A stretch of DNA of 54,970 bases, filler included, from an uncultured virus (IMG/VR IMGVR_UViG_2049941000_000201) (taxonomy: Duplodnaviria; Heunggongvirae; Uroviricota; Caudoviricetes). It is 8 parts of one record of this genome, joined end to end, with 100 filler letters (N's around TTAATTAATTAA, not from the genome) between each part and the next. Parts side by side here need not be neighbours in the genome. Positions count along the whole stretch, not along the records: positions 38,811 to 53,329 come from IMGVR_UViG_2049941000_000201; positions 53,430 to 54,970 come from IMGVR_UViG_2049941000_000201; 6 more parts are not named here. One strand, written 5' to 3'. Positions 51,919 through 54,970 of this stretch are shown here, piece after piece. The translations under genes were made by a program, and so were the position numbers. Numbering within the stretch: the first letter of the stretch is position 1; every line of letters starts with the position of its first letter. The notes below the pieces were generated by a model. The model was given only the letters and a program-made list of their open reading frames with translations. It ran no database searches and was not told the origin of the DNA.

Positions 51919-53329
51919 ATGGTTATCGAGGAACTATTTACACGGCTCGGCTTTCAGGTAGACCCGAAGGGAATCGACAAGGCGAAGGACGCGCTTGGTA
52001 GTTTCAAGAAGTGGGTCGGCGGTCTCGCTCTAGGCGCGGGCTTGATTTCGCTTGCAAAGACAGGCGTAGAAGCCGCAATGACGATGGAAGGGCTAAACGC
52101 CCAATTTACCGTCATGACCGGGAGCGCTGAAAAGGCGCGTGACGTAATCGCACAGATTGCGGACTTCGCGGCCCATACTCCGTTCGACAAGCTCGGTCTT
52201 TCAAGTGCAGCAAAGACGTTGATGGCGTTCGGCCTTGAATCCGAAAAGGTGGTCCCGACGCTAAAGATGCTCGGTGACGTTGCTGGTGCAGACCAGAACA
52301 AGCTAAACGGTCTCGCTCTCGTTTTCGGTCAAATTCAGAGCACAGGCAAGCTGATGGGGCAGGACTTGCTCCAGCTCATCAACCAGGGCTTCAACCCTCT
52401 TACGGAAATATCGAAGCAGACCGGCATTTCTGTAGCCGACCTCAAGGACAAGATGTCGCAGGGCGCAATTAGCGCCGACATGGTGACGCTCGCATTCAAG
52501 AGCGCCACAAGCGCTGGAGGCCTGTTCTACGGAAACCTTGAATCACAGAGCCAGACATTGCAGGGTCGCATTTCGACGCTAAAGGACAACTTTGTTACGG
52601 CGTTGCAGAACATGGCNNNNNNNNNNNNNNNNNNNNNNNNNNNNNNNNNNNNNNNNNNNNNNNNNNNNNNNNNNNNNNNNNNNNNNNNNNNNNNNNNNNN
52701 NNNNNNNNNNNNNNNNNNNNNNNNNNNNNNNNNNNNNNNNNNNNNNNNNNNNNNNNNNNNNNNNNNNNNNNNNNNNNNNNNNNNNNNNNNNNNNNNNNNN
52801 NNNNGGGTGGCCTGTTCTACGGAAACCTCGAATCACAGAGCCAGACCTTGCAGGGCCGCATTTCGACGCTAAAGGACAACTTTGTTACGGCGTTGCAGAA
52901 CATGGCGGAGGCGTTCCTTCCGCTGCTAAAGAACGGCGTCGATATGCTTGTTGCGTATGATTGGACGCCCATTGTCGAAACGGTAAAATCTTTCGGAAAC
53001 GCCTTGACATCAATTCCGTTCGAGACCGTCATTACATGGGTTAGGCGTCTTTCTATCGCCGTGATAGCATTTGCGACAAGGGATTTGCAGAGGACCTTGG
53101 TAACGTCTTTTGCAAGGGCGGCAGAAGCCGGAATGACGGCTTTCAGCAATCTTACTTTGTCTTTTACAAGTTTCAAGGGCATTGCCGTTGGCGGTATAAA
53201 GTCTATCGGAATCGCCATGAAAACGGCACTAGGTCCAATCGGTATTGCGTTGATCGCTATCGAAGGTTTTGTAGAGGCTTACAACTGGCTTGAAGGAAAG
53301 TCTAGGGAAAAGGCAACGGAGGAACAACG
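51919..53329 (+). CDS. Tape measure protein, N-terminal part (two overlapping variant fragments)
   Basis: IEEL.T.LGF.VD, TPF, LGDVA, GKL.GQDL.QL and G..STLKDN motifs. Confidence 0.92.
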
Positions 53330-53899
53330 NNNNNNNNNNNNNNNNNNNNNNNNNNNNNNNNNNNNNNNNNNNNTTAATTAATTAANNNNNNNNNNNNNNN
53401 NNNNNNNNNNNNNNNNNNNNNNNNNNNNNGTTCCCTAGTTCTAAGGCTTTTGACATGGAGTTTCCTTTGGACAAGGGCGACGGGGTGCTTCTCGTATTCC
53501 AGGAGCAGGATATTTCCGCGTGGAAGAACGGAGACAANNNNNNNNNNNNNNNNNNNNNNNNNNNNNNNNNNNNNNNNNNNNNNNNNNNNNNNNNNNNNNN
53601 NNNNNNNNNNNNNNNNNNNNNNNNNNNNNNNNNNNNNNNNNNNNNNNNNNNNNNNNNNNNNNNNNNNNNNNNNNNNNNNNNNNNNNNNNNNNNNNNNGGT
53701 ATTTAACGAGCAAGTCGTTTTCAACGATGATGTAATCGCCCGTACTGATGTGTACGTAGGCGCTGGGGTCGGCCCCGGCGTATCGCTAAAGCAGCACACG
53801 CACATAACGCCTGCGGGACCGTCTAACGCACCGTCACCCCTTACACCCATACCGCCGGAGAAATAGAACATGGCATTGAACTTGACACANNNNNNNNNN

Positions 53900-54317
53900 A
53901 TTCCCTAGTTCAAAGGCGTTTGACATGGAATTTCCTTTGGACAAGGGCGACGGTGTACTTCTCGTATTCCAGGAGCAGGATATTTCCGCGTGGAAGAACG
54001 GAGACAAGAACGCGGCGCCATCCGTATCTTCGAGATTCGGCCTTGATGCCGCCATTGCCATTCCTGGCTGTTTCCCGAAGCCGACGAAGGGAAAGGCGCG
54101 CATTGTGGTGGACTCGGACGGTGTGATTACCTGGGAAGCGAAGAAGATCGTATTCAACGAGCAAGTCGTTTTCAACGATGATGTAATAGCCCGTACTGAC
54201 GTGTACGTAGGCGCTGGGGTCGGCCCCGGCGTATCGCTAAATCAGCACACGCACATAACGCCTGCGGGACCGTCTAACGCACCGTCACCACTTACACCCA
54301 TACCGCCGGAGAAATAG
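53900..54317 (+). CDS. Baseplate spike (gpV/Gp138-like), C-terminal part (variant at 53430-53866)
   Basis: FPL.KGD.VLLVF..DI..W, DA.AIPG and SL..HTH apex motif. Confidence 0.85.
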
Positions 54318-54320
54318 AAC

Positions 54321-54683
54321 ATGGCATTGAACTTGACACAATTCAAGAAAGACCTAAAGGCGTCGATGAAAGCCGCCGCAGAGTCCAACAAGGAACTTTC
54401 TCCGAACGACCCGGCAGCGGCTCTCGACAAGGCGNNNNNNNNNNTAGACCTAAAGGCGTCAATGAAAGCCGCCGCGGAGCCCAACAAGGAACTTTCTCCG
54501 AACGACCCGGCAGCGGCTCTCGACAAGGCGATGGAAAACATTGCGAACGCCATAGCGGAAAAGGTGGACGCATACATAAAGACAATGACGATAACGCTTG
54601 ACATTGGAGTCGTGCAAGTCGAGGGATCCGCAACGGCACAGAAAAACTTGTCTCCGATTGTAGTCGAAAACGGCGTATCATGA
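54321..54683 (+). CDS. Hypothetical baseplate-region protein (variant duplication across a gap)
   Basis: IA.AIA.KVDAYIK motif, follows the spike. Confidence 0.65.
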   Translation: MALNLTQFKKDLKASMKAAAESNKELSPNDPAAALDKAXXXXDLKASMKAAAEPNKELSPNDPAAALDKAMENIANAIAEKVDAYIKTMTITLDIGVVQVEGSATAQKNLSPIVVENGVS

Positions 54684-54869
54684 CGGATTAAGTCCGGGCA
54701 GGGTGAGCGCCAGCCCGGATTCGGGAGGCCATCTTGTCCGGGCGCCTTTTTAGGTAANNNNNNNNNNTGTTGTCCTGAACCCTGGCTGGTTCGCTCGTTC
54801 CACCGCTGAAGCTGCCGATGACCTCGTCATCGTTGACCTCGGCTAATCCATCCAAAAGGAGTTTTTATC

Positions 54870-54970
54870 ATGGCTAACATGAATGAAATGAGACTCGATG
54901 CTGACGAGCAGGTGTTCTTCGACAACCAGCTTGCTCTTGTCAAGAGCCGCACCTACGACGTGCAGCACAA
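54870..54970 (+). CDS. Start of a second, diverged major capsid gene (preceded by the end of a decoration gene, 54768-54846)
   Basis: MANMNEMRLDADEQVFFDNQL versus MAEQNMRLDANEQVFFDNQL, with a different intergenic spacer. Confidence 0.85.
   Translation, partial: MANMNEMRLDADEQVFFDNQLALVKSRTYDVQH

Larger units (their letters stand above)
260..53385. other. Artificial scaffold-joining linkers (TTAATTAATTAA in N runs) at 260, 28158, 30682, 31311, 33334, 38755, 53374
   Basis: The same 12-mer, with stops in all six frames, sits in the middle of N-runs seven times. Gene order across these points is not real. Confidence 0.95.

Noticed and set aside
260..53385. TTAATTAATTAA repeats as a biological repeat or CRISPR
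   Set aside because: Always embedded in N runs. It is an artificial six-frame-stop linker.
54694..54752. GC-rich hairpins after the spike operon as a riboswitch
   Set aside because: No recognisable family, probably a terminator or processing stem, and cut by a gap.

Overview
The window is a fragmented, concatenated metagenomic assembly of a contractile-tailed (myovirus-type) phage or prophage. Artificial TTAATTAATTAA linkers join separate scaffolds, many short N-gaps break genes, and several genes appear twice as strain variants. It holds packaging, head, tail and baseplate genes, enzyme-tipped fibre fragments, lysis-region genes, replication and early genes (initiator, PcfJ/PcfK-like, RusA, methyltransferases) and a TnpB fragment. 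No integrase is visible. A Fibrobacter-like gut or rumen host is only a guess. Main signals: (1) a Mom-family GNAT gene followed 9 nt later by an atypical tRNA-Gly-like gene resembling non-proteinogenic tRNA-Gly, suggesting a self-contained Gly-tRNA-dependent DNA hypermodification module beside the terminase; (2) a decayed DGR with an intact target gene, VR-like end and hairpin, a truncated avd and a possible RT tail, but no TR; (3) a putative -1 programmed frameshift joining an ABC-ATPase to a GNAT; (4) a Gly-terminated basic peptide before a PP-loop enzyme; (5) a MuF head protein with an HExxH peptidase extension and a candidate immunity gene; (6) a small RNA unit bounded by a promoter and a terminator. 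All family calls come from motif recognition by eye, not database searches.
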